The notes under the pieces: model-generated | The model's input: only the letters and a program-made list of their open reading frames with translations | The model's database searches: none | Told to the model about the DNA's origin: nothing | Assembly: GCF_009914755.1 (NCBI RefSeq) | Contig: NC_060932.1 | Direction: 5' to 3' (one strand) | Origin: the human T2T-CHM13v2.0 reference genome, Homo sapiens | DNA length: 64,000 nt | Shown: positions 17,618 through 32,900 of the stretch, piece after piece | How positions within the stretch are numbered: the stretch's first letter is position 1 | Layout of the letters: each line of letters begins with the position of its first letter | Made by a program: the position numbers and the translations under genes

Positions 17618-18146
17618 TGTTCATTTTTTGTTGATGCTTTATCAAATTACCACAAACTTAGTGGCTTAAAACAATGCAAATTTATTATCTTATAGTTCTA
17701 GAGGTCAGAAATCTGGACAGAGTCTCACTGAGCTAAAATCATGGTGTCAGTAGGGCTGGGTTGCTTTCCAGCAGTTCTAGGTGAGAACCCATTTCCTTAC
17801 CTTTTCCAACTTCTTGAAAGAAGCCACCTGTATTGCTTGGCTCATGGCCCCTTCTTTCATCCTCAAAGCCAGAAACAGCAGGTTGAATCCTTCTCACATC
17901 ACGTCACTCCAACTCTGACACTGACTCCATTGTCACATATCCTTTTCTGGCTCTTCTGCCTCTCTTCCATCTTTGAAAAACCTTTGTGATTACACTGGGT
18001 CCAGCTGAATAATTCAGGATAATCTCCCCATTCAAGATCCTTGACTCAATCACATCTTCAAAGCCCTCTTGCCATGTGAGGTAATATCAGAGGTGCTGGA
18101 ACATTTGGTGGGGTTGGGGCAGTAGGCAACTATTCTGCCTAACACA
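17618..18146 (-). mobile_element. MLT1D-like solo LTR
   Basis: aattaccacaaacttagtggcttaaaacaa...caggataatctccccatt...tattctgcctaacaca. Confidence 0.8.
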
Positions 18147-20979
18147 GGACATAAACCACAAAAAAGAGCAAATAAGATGCAACAACAATAATGATAACAC
18201 TGAACATTTACTATATGGCAGGCATTGTGCTGAGTAAATTATTTGCCTTGACTCACTTTCTAGGTGAGAAACCAAGACTCCCAAAGATAATGCAAAGTAC
18301 AGAGTTATACAGATAGAAAGTGGCAAACCCAGGTCTGCCTGACTTCAAAGATCATACTCTCAACCACTTTACTACACATAACAAAATACCAAATCTATAC
18401 ACAATTAGTGGTTTGCAACTTTTCTCTATCAGGAATTCCTTTTGCTATTTTCCCTCCAGGGACCTGATCTTGAAAAATTTTGTAAATTAAACAGCAAAAC
18501 ATTTTATTAACCTAAGCCAAACTTCTGATTCCAACATCTGATAGCTTTGAGCTAAACTCTTTGTCTCTTTTGGGACTTACATAGTTCTAACCCCCTCAAA
18601 AAAAATGCAATTAACATTTCATTTTACATATCTTGGCATCATTTTGGAATCCTAAAAACAGGAACTCAAATAACCACCTTTATAGATACCTGATGAGTTG
18701 TTTCAGGTTGAAGTAATGATCCAAGAGTTCAGAGAAGGAGATTGATGGTGGTGGTGTAGTCAGAAGAAGTGGAATATAACCTCAGTCTCAAAGAAGCAGA
18801 AATTTCCAATGAACTAGAGAAGAAGGAAGAATACAAATAGCGTCTAGGAAGTGAGTAAATCTAGGGAAGCTTGTTAGGAAAAACTGGAAAAGAAAATTAA
18901 GTAGAGAATAAATAAAGCATTCAGGCTTTGAAACACAGGTAAATACAGTTACATTTAACCAGATAGGAAAATACAGAATCTGGAAAGTTTCTGGGCCACA
19001 AAGTGCCACACAGTAAAATCAGGCATCTGCTCCTGGCATGCTTAAGAGCTCAGAATAAAGGACTTCCCCATTCTGCCCCTTCCCCCACTGTAAAGCTCAC
19101 TGGCTTAAAAAACTGCTCCTTCTGCTACTATCTACCTCATTCTAAGCATCAACTCTAGGTGGGGCTGGTGCCTAGGCATTTTATAATTACTTTTCTATGT
19201 CTGCCTAACTTGGCTGAGAACCTACTTCAGAACTGACTCAAAAATCTCACAGATGCTGTCATTCACCCTCAGGATCTGTGTTTAATAATAGAGTCACAAG
19301 GCCTATGCAATCCAACTCAGCCCAGGGTCTGGCTTAGCCAATGTCTGCCAGCTGGTCTCATCCCCACACCCCAGGCCCCCACTTCATCACCAGTACATTG
19401 GCATCAATATTTATCTTTTCAAATTGGCATGCAATTTAAAAGAATGTTTTTATCTCACAGATCAGCAGGTATCCTATTATTATCTAGTTTTATGCTGATT
19501 TTTTAGGAGCTAACTAATGAAAAGACTCAATCATTGTTTTTGTGGGAAGATGTTGAAACTTTACCCTTTCTGGGCAATCTGTGCTTCACTATTGTTTCAC
19601 TATATTTGTAATATTCAAAACCTCAATAGTCAAAACAAGCATCCCATAATGCCAAAGCAGCCAACCCATTGCATTAGTGCTATGAGTGGTAACTGAGGCA
19701 AAAGAAGACCCTTAGAATTCTCTAAATGTTTTGAGGTTTAGGGAAAGAGTTGTATTAGAAAACAATCCTTAATCAGGTTGAGATTTAACTGCATTCAAAG
19801 TCAGTGTTAAATTCTTGCTAAGAGATTTGATGTTATACATGAGATTATATAAACAGGTACAAGTCACAGCAAATACAGGAGAGATAATAAACCAAAACTG
19901 ACTGTCACAACTAGATCCTGAAAGCCAGTTTGGTAACTCTGGCACATTTTGCCAATTTCCATGTATAAGATCACATGCTACACTGTATGAATGAAAGTAT
20001 TACATCCAATTAACTGATCTGCCTGTCATATGTTAGTCAGTAGAGAAATATTTATTGAACACCCCACAGATGAGTAATTTTAGAAACTATGTTAATAGCA
20101 AAACATCTAAAGGTAGAATAATTGCTACTTTTTCTGCATATGCCTAGCACAGTGTTCACCCTCAAAACAACACTAAGCTGGAAAAGAGAAAACCTTAGAG
20201 CAGAGCCAGGATCCAAAACTAAAATTAATTAATGTACCACAGTTCATGAAGCAGTTCCACATGCATTATCGTATTCACTCCTCCTATAACTCTTATAAAT
20301 GAGAAAAGTGAGTTTCAGCAAGGATGAGCAATGTGAATACTAAAATAGAAACTGAACTTAAAACCAAGCACAATCCTGTTAACATGTTTTTATATGTGTG
20401 ATTTAGGTTAGGCATACGTTATGCAGATTTTTAGAGCCTTTGCACATCTGCCTACAAGTTATGAATACAAAATTACTAATTCATATTATGGTACTCACCT
20501 ATTAAAACATTTTATTGCCCCAGAGTATAAGAGGATGCACACATGATTAACCATGACCATACATTAAAAATGTACCATCCAGACTCTGGAAAAACTTTTT
20601 GTTGTCTGTGGTAGCAAAAATAGTCATCTCGTTTAAACTGCACCTTCAGATCTTCTCTTTCCATAAATTTTCCTCGATAATTTATTCCCTACAAAATACT
20701 ACTGATTTGATTCTTCATTCACTACCTCCCTAGTCTTCTTCTCATTTTAGCATGAATATTACTGAATCTCTTTACAGTGTTTCTGTTAAATATTTGTGTA
20801 GATATACATATGTATACTCTGCTGTCTTCCATGTAAGCTGCTTAATAACTAAGCTATCTTAGACATTTAATTTAGATGTGTGTACCATTTGATTACTCAC
20901 TAAATAGAAATTTACATAATCCCTTTATTCTAACAAGTTTACCACCTTATCACAAAGCAAATCTAAAGAAAACTGCAAA

Positions 20980-21285
20980 CCTGGCAAGGTGGCTCATACC
21001 TGTAAAACCCAGCAATTTAGGAGGCCGAGGTGGGCGGATTGCCTGAGCTCAGGAGTTTAAGACCAGCCTGGGTGATATGGTGAAAACTTGTCTCTATAAA
21101 AAATACAAAAATTGGCCAGATGTGGTGGTGCATGCCTGTAGTCCCAGCTATTTGGGGTGCTGCGGTGGGAGGATTACCTGAGCCTTGAGCGGTCCAGGCT
21201 GCAGTGGGCCATGTCTGAGCCACTGCACTCCAACCTGAGTGACAGAGTGAGACACCGTCTCTAAAACATATTAAAATAAATAAAA
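20980..21285 (+). mobile_element. AluJ SINE
   Basis: gcctgagctcaggagttt, ggaggattacctgagcc, ccaggctgcagtg; TSD-like aaaactg[c/g]aaa. Confidence 0.88.
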
Positions 21286-21437
21286 CTGGAAATTTATGTT
21301 ATTTGGTTCTGATGTTTACATGTCCAGCTATGGGCTCTGAAACAGCACCAATGCCATAGACAAAATCCTTAGAGAAGTCAGAGGAGCCACCTCTCTGACT
21401 GAGATAGAGAGAGGGCTCCTGGCTGAGTAATAACTAC

Positions 21438-21990
21438 TGTATGAATTTGTCAATGTCCTCTAGTCAAAGACCACCAGCAACACATCTGCAGTTCTATAAA
21501 ACTGGGTTTATTAATTCATTGCAAGGGGGAGAAACAAATACCATGGGAGACCCTTGAGCATATCAGTAAGAAGGTGTTAGAAAAAACTTACAGGATTTGA
21601 GTTTGTGGTAGGTGATTCGGGGGAGCTTTCAAGAAAATGGGGATCTTCCCTGGACTGGATGTTGTACAGAAACAGGGGGAATTCCCTGATTAGGTATCTT
21701 AATTATTCTTATCTAAACATTGAAAGGAATGAAGTAAGCTAATGCTATAATTGGAAAGAATCAGCAGTTATTCATTATTAGCCAGGAAAGGGGAATGTTC
21801 ACTCATTTTCATGGATTGGACAGTGTTCTTATTTTTCTCTGTTCTGAAATGATCATGAAGTAGTCTAATTTCCATCTTGCTCCATTATAGTCACAAAGAG
21901 ATCATGTGTGAAGTTTGTGTTCTGTGAAAATGTATATATTCAGAAAGAGAACTCCACAGCTTCACTGTGAGTGCTAAGCCAAGTCTTAGC
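21438..21990 (-). mobile_element. Old ERV solo-LTR-like element (family uncertain)
   Basis: caaagaccaccagcaacac...gggtttattaattcattgcaaggggg with antisense AATAAA; resemblance only. Confidence 0.4.
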
Positions 21991-22542
21991 CAGTAGTGCA
22001 AACTAGATAAGAAAGCTTTGCTCAAAGGGCAGAATTGGCCAGAAAACAACACTTATTATTGTCATTATTTACGAATATTGACAGGCTTATAAAGTCCTTA
22101 TATATTCATTGTGTAACTTGAGCCTCTCAGAACAATCTTGGAAGATAAATAGACCATAGTACCTCCACATTGCACAACTTCAGGGGCCCCAATGATCATG
22201 TATTCCATGTGAATGATACCTCCCCACTGTGAACAACATCCCCACTGGAGTTGTACAAAAATGGCTGCCCTGGAAGGGCAGACATTTCTATTCTGTTTGA
22301 CAACTATTAAAATTGAGCCAAAGAAGGTTCCTGAGTGCTCTTTATGTCCCAATAAACTCCACAGTTTTGTCATGTTCAGCTGCTGACGTTGGATCCCTGA
22401 TGCAGTCATAGTTCCCCCTTCCAGAGAATTGCACCAGCCCGCCCTGTGATGACCTAGATTACACAGGCTACTACAATAAGAACAGCTCCGCCTTCTTCTA
22501 CAACTGTATCTGCCCAAAACAGGATGTTAAAAAGGTTACTGA

Positions 22543-22928
<386 letters not shown>

Positions 22929-23092
22929 AAAAAGTTAATATACCTTAGTATATTTTGTTTATGACCCAGGAGTGACAGGTGAAAAATACAATTTTGAATT
23001 CTGAAAAAAAATTAAAAAGCAAAATATCCCGCTGAATTCAAAGGCGAAAATGTTTAAATGCAAGCGAAATACTAGTTACATGTTCTTCCACA

Positions 23093-23475
23093 TTCTTGGA
23101 AACCTGCCAAGTAAAATATAAAAGGAAAATGGAATTTCCTAAGTAGTGTCTATTAATAATAAATATTTTTCCAATTATGTCTTTTTGTAGCTGGGAAATT
23201 CCCTCTTGTCACTAAGTTTCTCTCCTCAGACATTACAGAAAGTAAAACCGAAACTGAAGCACTCTACTGATAAATCAAGTAGTTCCCAGAAATAATATGA
23301 ACTTTGATTCAAACAGATGTGTTCAGAAATCCTATCTCCATAATTTACAAAACTGTGACTTCTGGCAATTTACCTAACCTCTACAGACCTCACTTTCATT
23401 AAATTAACATACATACTTCTCTCGCCTATTATTATGAGTGTAACCTGGAATTCCCTATCAGAACCTGGACTTCCC
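23093..23475. promoter_or_regulatory. Candidate interferon/NF-kB-responsive enhancer (GAS, kappaB, ISRE cluster)
   Basis: TTCTTGGAA 23093, TGGAATTTCC 23130, GGGAAATTCC 23193, GAAAGTAAAACCGAAACTGAAGC 23238, TTCCCAGAA 23283, TGGAATTCCC 23446. Confidence 0.55.
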
Positions 23476-23757
23476 TATTCTAAAATTAATGACGCTGTAA
23501 CTGCATATTGTGGTGTCTATCTTCTTTAGAACACTAAAAACATTTCAGGGCAGAGACCACATGCATTTTGTTATTCTTGTATTTCCATCACCTAGCCCAA
23601 TGGTACATAAAATATATGTTGTTTTTTGTTTGTTTGTTTCATTAGGAGAGACGGACTAGAGATCTGCAGTATCAGGAAGGTCCATTTTTCATCCACATGC
23701 CTTTTTATAATGTTTGGATGTCTTACCATGCCTATTTGATACATGTATTTCTTTTTA

Positions 23758-24103
<346 letters not shown>

Positions 24104-24493
24104 TTAAGATCAAGATTTATCTTGTTCCCAAATAAAGGAACAAGGTAAATCTACATAAACCAATCTGAATGAATTGGAGATATGTAGTTTATCTGACAGG
24201 GAATTCAAACTAATGGTATTACAGATCCTCAATGAAGTCAGGAGAGCAACACAAAAACAAAATGAGAGCATTGATAAAAAAAGATAGAAAGTAATAAAAA
24301 GTACCGAACAAAACTTATAGACTGAAGAATACTATAACTGAACCCTAACTAAAAAATTCAGCAGAGGGGTTGAGTAGCAGACTAATCAAGCAGAAGGAAA
24401 GATCAATGAACTTGAAGACAGATCACCAGAAATCATTCACTCTCAGGAACAAAAAGAAAAAATAATGAAAAAGAGTAAAGATAGGTTACATAA

Positions 24494-24791
<298 letters not shown>

Positions 24792-26165
24792 TTACATATT
24801 ATCAGTGTACAAGAAGGAGACTAGAGAAGGAAAGAAACCGAAAACATATTCAAAGAAATCGTAGCAGAAAAATTCCCAAGACTGGAGAAGAAAAGAGAAA
24901 GCCAGATCCAGGAAGCACAAAATACACCAAATAAGATGAATCAAAAGAGACCCACACCAAGCTATATCGTAATCAAATTGTTGAAAGCTAAAAGCAAATG
25001 CAGTGTTAAAAGCAGCAAGGGAAAAGTGAACATCATTTATAAGGGAACCACCATGCAACTATCAATGGATTTCTCAGCAGAAACCTTGCAGGCCAGAAGA
25101 GTATAGAATGATAGATGCAAAATCCAGAAAGAAAAAACACTGCCAGTCAAGTATATTATACCAAGCAATCCTATTTTTCAAAATGAAGAGGTGATAAATA
25201 CTTTCTCAGACAAAAAAAGATGAGAGAGTTTATCACCACTAGACTTGCGTTAAAATGTCAAGGGAGTTCTTCAAGCTGAAGAGGACACTAGTTAGTAATA
25301 CGAAAACATATGAAAGTATAAAACCCGGTAATAAAAACAACTACACTGTCAAAACCAAAACACTGCCACTGTTATGGCAGTGGGTAAATCCATTATATCT
25401 CTAGTATAAAGGTTAAAAGACAAAGCTATTAAAAACAACTAAAGCTGCAGTAATTTGTTGAGGAATACAAATTATAAAAAGATGAAAGTGAGACATCAAA
25501 AACATAAAATGTGAGAGGAAGGGGAGTAAAAGTTTAAAGTTTTATATGTGATCAAAATTTAGTTGTTTCCAAGATAAATACCACATTATAAGATGATTTA
25601 TGTAAGCCTCAGGATAATCACAAAGCAAAAGCCTATATTTGATATACAAAAGATAAAAAGAAAAGATCCAAAGCATACTACAGCAGAAAGCCATCAGGCC
25701 ACAAAGGAAGAAAGCAACAGAGAAAAGCAGAAACAAAGGATTTACAAAACAACCAGAAAATGATTAACAAAATGGCACTAGTAAGTCTTCACCTACCGAT
25801 AATTACTTTGAATGTAAATGGACTAAATTTTTCAATCAAAATGCACAGAGCAAATGTCTGCACTAAAAAAATAAGACCCAACTGTATGCCGTCTACAATT
25901 CACATCATCTTAAAGGATACTCATAGAATGAAAATGAAGAGAGGGAAAAATATATTTCATTCAAATAGAAAACAAAAGACAGCAGGGGTAGGTATACTTA
26001 TTTCAGAAAAAAATAGACTTTAAGTCAAAACTGTAAAAAGAGACAAGGTCATTATACTGTGGTAAAGGGTTTAATTCATTAAAAGGAGCAAACAATTGTA
26101 AATATATATATGTAAATATATACATAAATGTGTGTGTGTGTGTGCACCCAATAGCAGAGCATCTA

Positions 26166-26455
<290 letters not shown>

Positions 26456-27386
26456 AGAAATAAAGCAAACATTAAGAGATCTGAAAGGAAACACACTGCA
26501 ACACAATAATAGGATATTTCAATACCCCACTTACAACAAAAGACAGATCACCCAGAAATAAAATCAATAAGGAAACACTGGATTTGAACTATACTTTAGA
26601 CCAAATGGGCATAATAGACATGTACTTGACATGCCACCCAACAGCAATGGAATACACATTCTTCTCAAGTGGATGCAGAATATTCTCCCAGATATATCAT
26701 GTGTTAAGCCACAAAGAAAACTTAACAAATTTAAAAGTATCAAAATCATATCAAGTATTTTTTCCAACCAAAATGGCATAAAACTAGAAGTAAATAACAG
26801 GAGAAATCAGGAAAATTGCCAGCTGTATGGAAAGTAAACAATATGCTCCTGAACAACTATTTGGTCAAAGAAATTAAAAGGGAAATTTTAAAATGGAAAC
26901 ACTAAGTCAAAAATGGAAACACAACATGCCAAAATTTATGGTGGTAGCAAAAGCAGTTCTAAGAGCGAATTTCATAGCAGTAAATCCCTACCTCAAAAAA
27001 ATGGAAAACTGCAAATAAACAAACTAATATTCCACCCCAAGAACTAGTAAAAGAATAACAAACTAAGCCCAAAGTTAGAAGAAGAAAAAAATAAGAAAGA
27101 TCAGGGCAAAAGTAAATAAAATCGAGACTAGAAAAGTTATACAAAAGATGAATGAAACTAAGAGGTTTTTTTCTGAAAAGGTAAACAAAATTGACAAACC
27201 ATTAGCTAGACTAAGAAAAAAAGGGAGAAGACTCAACCAAAACTCATTTCAAAAATGAAAGAGGAGACATTGCAACTTATTACACAAAAACAGAAAGCAT
27301 CATAAGAGACTAATATAAACAATCATATACAAACAAATTCGACAACATACAAAAAATTAATAAATTCCTTGAAACAAATAGCCTAC

Positions 27387-27759
27387 TGTATTAGTCCGTT
27401 TTCACGCTGCTGATAAAAGACATACCCGAGACTGGGCAATTTACAAAAGAAAGAGAAGTTTAATGGACTTACAGTTCCACGTGGCTGAGGAGGCCTCACA
27501 ATCATGGCAGAAGGCAAGGAGCAAGTCCCGTCTTACATGGATGGCAGCAGGCAAAGAGAGAGAGAGCTTGTGCAGGGGAACTCCCCTTTTAAAAACCATT
27601 AGATCTCATGAGACTTATTCACTATCATGAGAACAGTGCAGAAAAGACCTGCCCCCATAATTCAATCTCCTCCCACCAGGTTCCTCCCACAACATATGCG
27701 AATTGTGGGAGTTACAATTCAAGATGAGATTTGGGTGGGGACACAACCAAACCATATCA
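27387..27759 (-). mobile_element. THE1B-like solo LTR
   Basis: tgtattagtccgttttcacgctgctgataaa...ccaaaccatatca; TSD cctac/cctag. Confidence 0.9.
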
Positions 27760-29473
27760 CCTAGCAAGACAGAATCATAAAGAAATCAGAAATCTGAACA
27801 GACCAATAATGAGCAAAGAGATTGAATTAGTAGTCAAAAATGTCCCATCAAGGAAAAGCCCAGACCCAAATGGCTTCATGGTTGAATGCTACCAAACATT
27901 TAAAGAACTAATATCAATCCTTCTCAAACTCTAACAAAAAATTGAAGAAAAGAGAATACTTCCAAACTCATTTTACAAGGCCAGCATTACCCTGATACCA
28001 AAGCCAAAGTCACTATCAGAAAAGTACAGGCCAACATCACTGATGAACATAGATGCAAAAATTATCACCAAAATACTATCAAACTCTATTCAACTGTACA
28101 TTAAAGGATCATTCACCATGATCAAATGGGACTTATCTCTGGGATGTGAAGATGATCAACATTCACAAATCAATAAATGTGATTCACTATATTGGCAGAA
28201 TGAAGGACAAAAAACATATGATCATCTCAATAGGTGCACAAAAGCATTTGACAAAATTAAACCTCCTCTCACAACAAAAACTCTCAACAAATTAGGTATA
28301 GAAGGAATGTTCCTCAACACAACAAAGTCCATATATGAGAAGCACACACCTAACATATTCAACGGTGAAAACATGATGACTTCAACATATTCAATGGTGA
28401 AAACATGATGACTTTTCCTCTAGGATAAGGAATAATACAAGGATGCACACTCTTACCACCTCTGTGCAACATAATATTGGAAGTCCTACCAGAGCAATTA
28501 GGCAAGAAAAATAAATAAAAGGCATTCAATTAGGAAAGGAAAAAGTGAAACTGTCTCTGCTTGCTGACAACATGATCCTATATATAAAAAAAAAACTATA
28601 AAGACTCCACCAAAGAACTGTTAGAAGTGATAAATAAATTCAGTAAAGTTGCAAGATAAAAAATCAATTTACAAAAATCAGAAGTATGTCTGTACATTAA
28701 CAATGTGCTGTTTGAAAAAGAAATTAAGAAAGCAGTCCCACTTACAATCATATCCAAAAAGTACAGAGGAGTAAATTTTATCAGGGGTCAAAGGTCTGTA
28801 CACTGAAGGATCATCATGGTGGACAGGAAGCAGGACTAGATTGCAGCTCTGGACAGAGCAGCATGTAGGCTCACATTGTGAATTTAAGCTCCAGATCAAC
28901 TGCAAGAACAAACTACCAATCCCGAGAGGACCCACAGAACCTCTGAAGGAAGCAGACTGCTCCTGCAGAACCTGGGAGGCACACCAAATACTGTGAGTGC
29001 CCCAACTGCAGAAGTGGGAAAGGGAGACCCTCCTCTCCCAAACACACACCTGCACTGGAGAAACAGCAGGTCTGTTTGCGGGAGAAGTTTCCAATCTTAT
29101 CTGGAGCTTAGTCAATTTAGAGAGCTGAGCAAATACAGGGGTAGAGGACGCAGCAGAAAGGCTCTGGGAGCACACTGGGTCCCCAAGCAGCCCATTCCTA
29201 CCTGGCACCACAAGGATCCATCAGGAGGACAGCCAGAGGAGCAGGGGGTAAAACTACACAGGGAGAAGGACATCTCTTGTTGAAATTTGTAACAATTTGA
29301 ATGGGGCGAGAAGCCTCCTGGCCAGACCTCAAGGGAGGGTGCAAATCCAGTGTGCAGACTCCACAGGCTGATAAGAACCAAGCTCTTTTCTTTCTCAGCT
29401 GGGAGGCAGGTAGCCTGGGGCAAGTTTTCAAGCCCATCTTGCCCACAGCCTGGAAACATACTCAGAGCTGTTT

Positions 29474-29982
29474 TGTAATGCCCAACCTTGTTTTTTCCTT
29501 ATTCACCTGGCCTTGTTTCTCCCTTAGCTAAGAGAACCAGACAAACTCCATCTTGGCACTTTCACTGGCAGTGCCTTCCTCAAGGACTTAACTTGTGCAA
29601 GCTGACTCCCAGAACATCCAAGAATGCAATTAACTGATAAGATACTGTGGCAAGCTATATCCGCAGTGACCAAGAATTCATCTGACTGATAACGGCCAAA
29701 GCCCCCCATCTATCACCTTGTAATAGTCTTAAAGCCCCTGCACCTGGAATTGTTTACTTTCCTGTAACCATTTGTCCTTTTAACTTTTTTGAGTACTTAA
29801 CTTCTGTAAAATTGTTTTAACTAGACCCCCCCCTCCCCTTCTTAAACCAAGATATAAAAGTTAAGCCCCTTCCTCGGGGCCGAGAGAATTTTGAGCGTTA
29901 GCCATCTCTCGGTCGCCGGCTAATAAAGGACTCTTAATTCATCTCAAAGTGTGGCATTTTTCTAACTCGCTCGGGCACAACA
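29474..29982 (+). mobile_element. LTR6A/B-like (HERV-T/S71, ERV1) solo LTR in the L1PB1 5'UTR
   Basis: tgtaatgcccaacc...gatataaaag...aataaaggactc...gggcacaaca; TG...CA ends; 4-bp TSD gttt. Confidence 0.8.
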
Positions 29983-32900
29983 GTTTTGGGGGCCATGGTG
30001 GAAGTAAGACTGGCCCTTCAGTTTGCATGGCAGCTGGGTGAGGCCTGTGACTGCCAGCTTTCCCCCACTTCCCTGACAACATGCGTGACTCAGCAGAGGT
30101 AGCCATAATCTTCCTAGGCACACAACTCTAGTGACCTGGGAATCCCACCCCCATCCCCTACAGCAGCCACAGCAAGACCTGCCCATAGAGAGTCTGAACT
30201 CAGACACACCTAGCCCTGCCCCAACCTGATGGTCCTCCTCTACCCACCCTGGTAGCTAAAGACAAAGGTCATATAATCTTGGGAGTTCTATGGCCCTGCC
30301 CACTGCCAGTTCCTCTCCATACTACCACAGCTGATGCCCTCTGGAAAGTGCCACCTCCCAGCAGGAGGCCAACCAGCACAAAAATAGAGCATTAAACCAC
30401 CAAAGCTGAGAACCCTCACAGAGTCCACTGCATCTTCCTACCACCACCTCCACCAGAACAGGAGCTGAGAGACCCATAGTCGGTTCACATCACAGGACTC
30501 TCTGCAGACAACACCCAGTACCAGCCCAGAGCTGAGTAGACTCACTGGGTGGCTAGACCTGGAAGAGAGACAACAATCACAGCAGTTCAGCTCACAGGAA
30601 GCCACATTCATAGGAAAAGGGGGAGAGTACTACATCAAAGGAACACCCTGTGGAACAAAAGAATCTGAATAACAGCATTCAGCCCTAGACCTTCCCTCTG
30701 ACAGCCTACCTAAATAAGAAGGAACCAGAAAACCAACCCTGGTAATATGACAAAACAAGGCTCTTTATCACCCCCAAAAAATCACACTAGTTCACCAGCA
30801 ATGGATTCAAACCAAGAAGAAATCCCTGACTTACCTGAAAAAGAATTCAGGATATTAGTTATTAAGCTAATCAGGGAGGCACCAGAGAAAGGTGACGCTC
30901 AATGCAGGAAAATCAAAAAATGATACCAGAGGTGAAGGGAGAAATATTCAACAAAATAGATAGCTTAAAGAAAAAACAATCAAAAATTCAGGAAACTTTG
31001 GAAACACTTTTAGAAATGCAAAATACTCTGGAAAGTCTCAGCAATAGAATTGAACAAGTAGAAGAAAGAAATTCAGAGCTCAAAGACAAGGTCTTGAAAT
31101 TAACCCAATCCAACAAATACTAAGGAAAAAAAAAAAGAAAATATGAGCAAAGCCTCCATGGAGTCTGGAATTACGTAAAACAACCAAACCTAAGACTAAT
31201 CAGTGTTCCTGAGGAAGAAGAGAATTCTAAAAGCTTGGAAAAGATATTTGGGGGAATAATCAAGGAGAACTTCCCCAGCCTTGTTAGACACCTAGACATC
31301 CAAATACAAGAAGCATAAAGAACACCTGGGAAATTCATTGCAAAAAGATCATTGCCTAGGCACATTGTCATCAGGTTATCAAAAGTTAAGACAAAGGAAA
31401 AAATCTCAAGAGCTGTGAGATGGAGCACTAGGTAACCAATAAAGAAAAACCTATCAGATTAACAGCATATAACCCAGCAGAAACTCTACAAGCTAGAAGG
31501 GTTTCTTCAGCCTCCTCAGACAAAGCAATTATCAGCCAAGAAGTTTTTGTCCAGTGAAACTAAGCATCATATATGAACAAAAGATACAGTCATTTTCAGA
31601 CAAACAAATGCTGAGAGAACTTGCCATTACCAAGCTACCCACAACAAGAACTACTAAAAGAAGCTCTAAATCTTGAAACAAATCCTGGAAACACATTGAT
31701 ACAGAACCTCTTTAAAGCATAAATCACACAGGACTTATAAAACAAAAATATAAGTTAAGAAGCAAAAACAATAAACAAAAAAACCTAATTACACAAGCAA
31801 CAAAGAGCACAATGAATGCAATGGTACCTCACACTTCAATAGTAACATTGAACATGAATGGCCTAAATATTCCACTTAAAAGATACAGAACCACAGAACA
31901 GATGGACTCACCAACCAAATATCTGCTCCCTTCAGGACACTCACCTAACACATAAGAACTCACATAAACTTAAAGTAAAGGGGTGGAAAAAGGTATTTCA
32001 TGAAAATGGATACCAAAAGTGAGCAGGCGTAACTACTGTTATATCAGACAAAACAAACTTTAAAACAACAGCAGTTGAAAGAGACAAAGAAGGACATTAT
32101 ATAATGGTAAAAGGCTTTGTCCAACAGGAAAATATCACAATCCTAAACATATATGCACCTAACACTGGAGATCCCAAATTTATGAAACAATTACTAACAG
32201 ACCTAAGAAATGAGATAGACAGCAACACAATAATAGTGGGCAACTTCACTATTCCACTGACAGCACTAGACAGGACATCAAGACAGAAAGTCAACAAAGA
32301 AACAATGGATTTAAACTATACCTTGGACCAAATGAACGTTGACAGATATATACAGATCATTTCATCCAACAACCACAGAATATACGTTCTATTCAACAGC
32401 ACATGGAACTTTCTCCAAGAGAGACCATGTGATAGACCATAAAACGAGCCTCGATAAATTCAAGAAAATTGAAATTATATGAAGCACTTTCCCAGACCAC
32501 AGTGGAATAAAACTGGAAATCAACTCCAAAAGGAACCTTCAAAACCCATGCAAATACATGGAAATTAAATAACTTGCTCCTGAATGAGCATTAGGTTAAA
32601 AACAAAATCAAGATGGAAATTTAAAAATTCTTCGAACTGAATGACAATAATGACGCAACCTACCAAAACCTCTGGAATACAGCAAAGGCAATGCTAGGAG
32701 GAAATTTCATAGCCCTAAACACCTACATCAAAAAGGCAGAAAGAACACAAACTGACATTCTAAGGTCACACCACAAGGAACTAGAGAAACAAGAACAAAC
32801 CAAACCCGAACCCCACAGAAGAAAGGAAATAACCAAGATCAGAGCAGAACTAAAGGAAATTGAAACAAACAAACAAAAATACAAAAAATAAATGAAACAA

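Noticed and set aside
22098-22517. 139-aa minus-strand ORF and imperfect inverted repeat near 22170-22260
   Set aside because: No recognisable domain; the inverted repeat looks like a MER91-type DNA transposon relic
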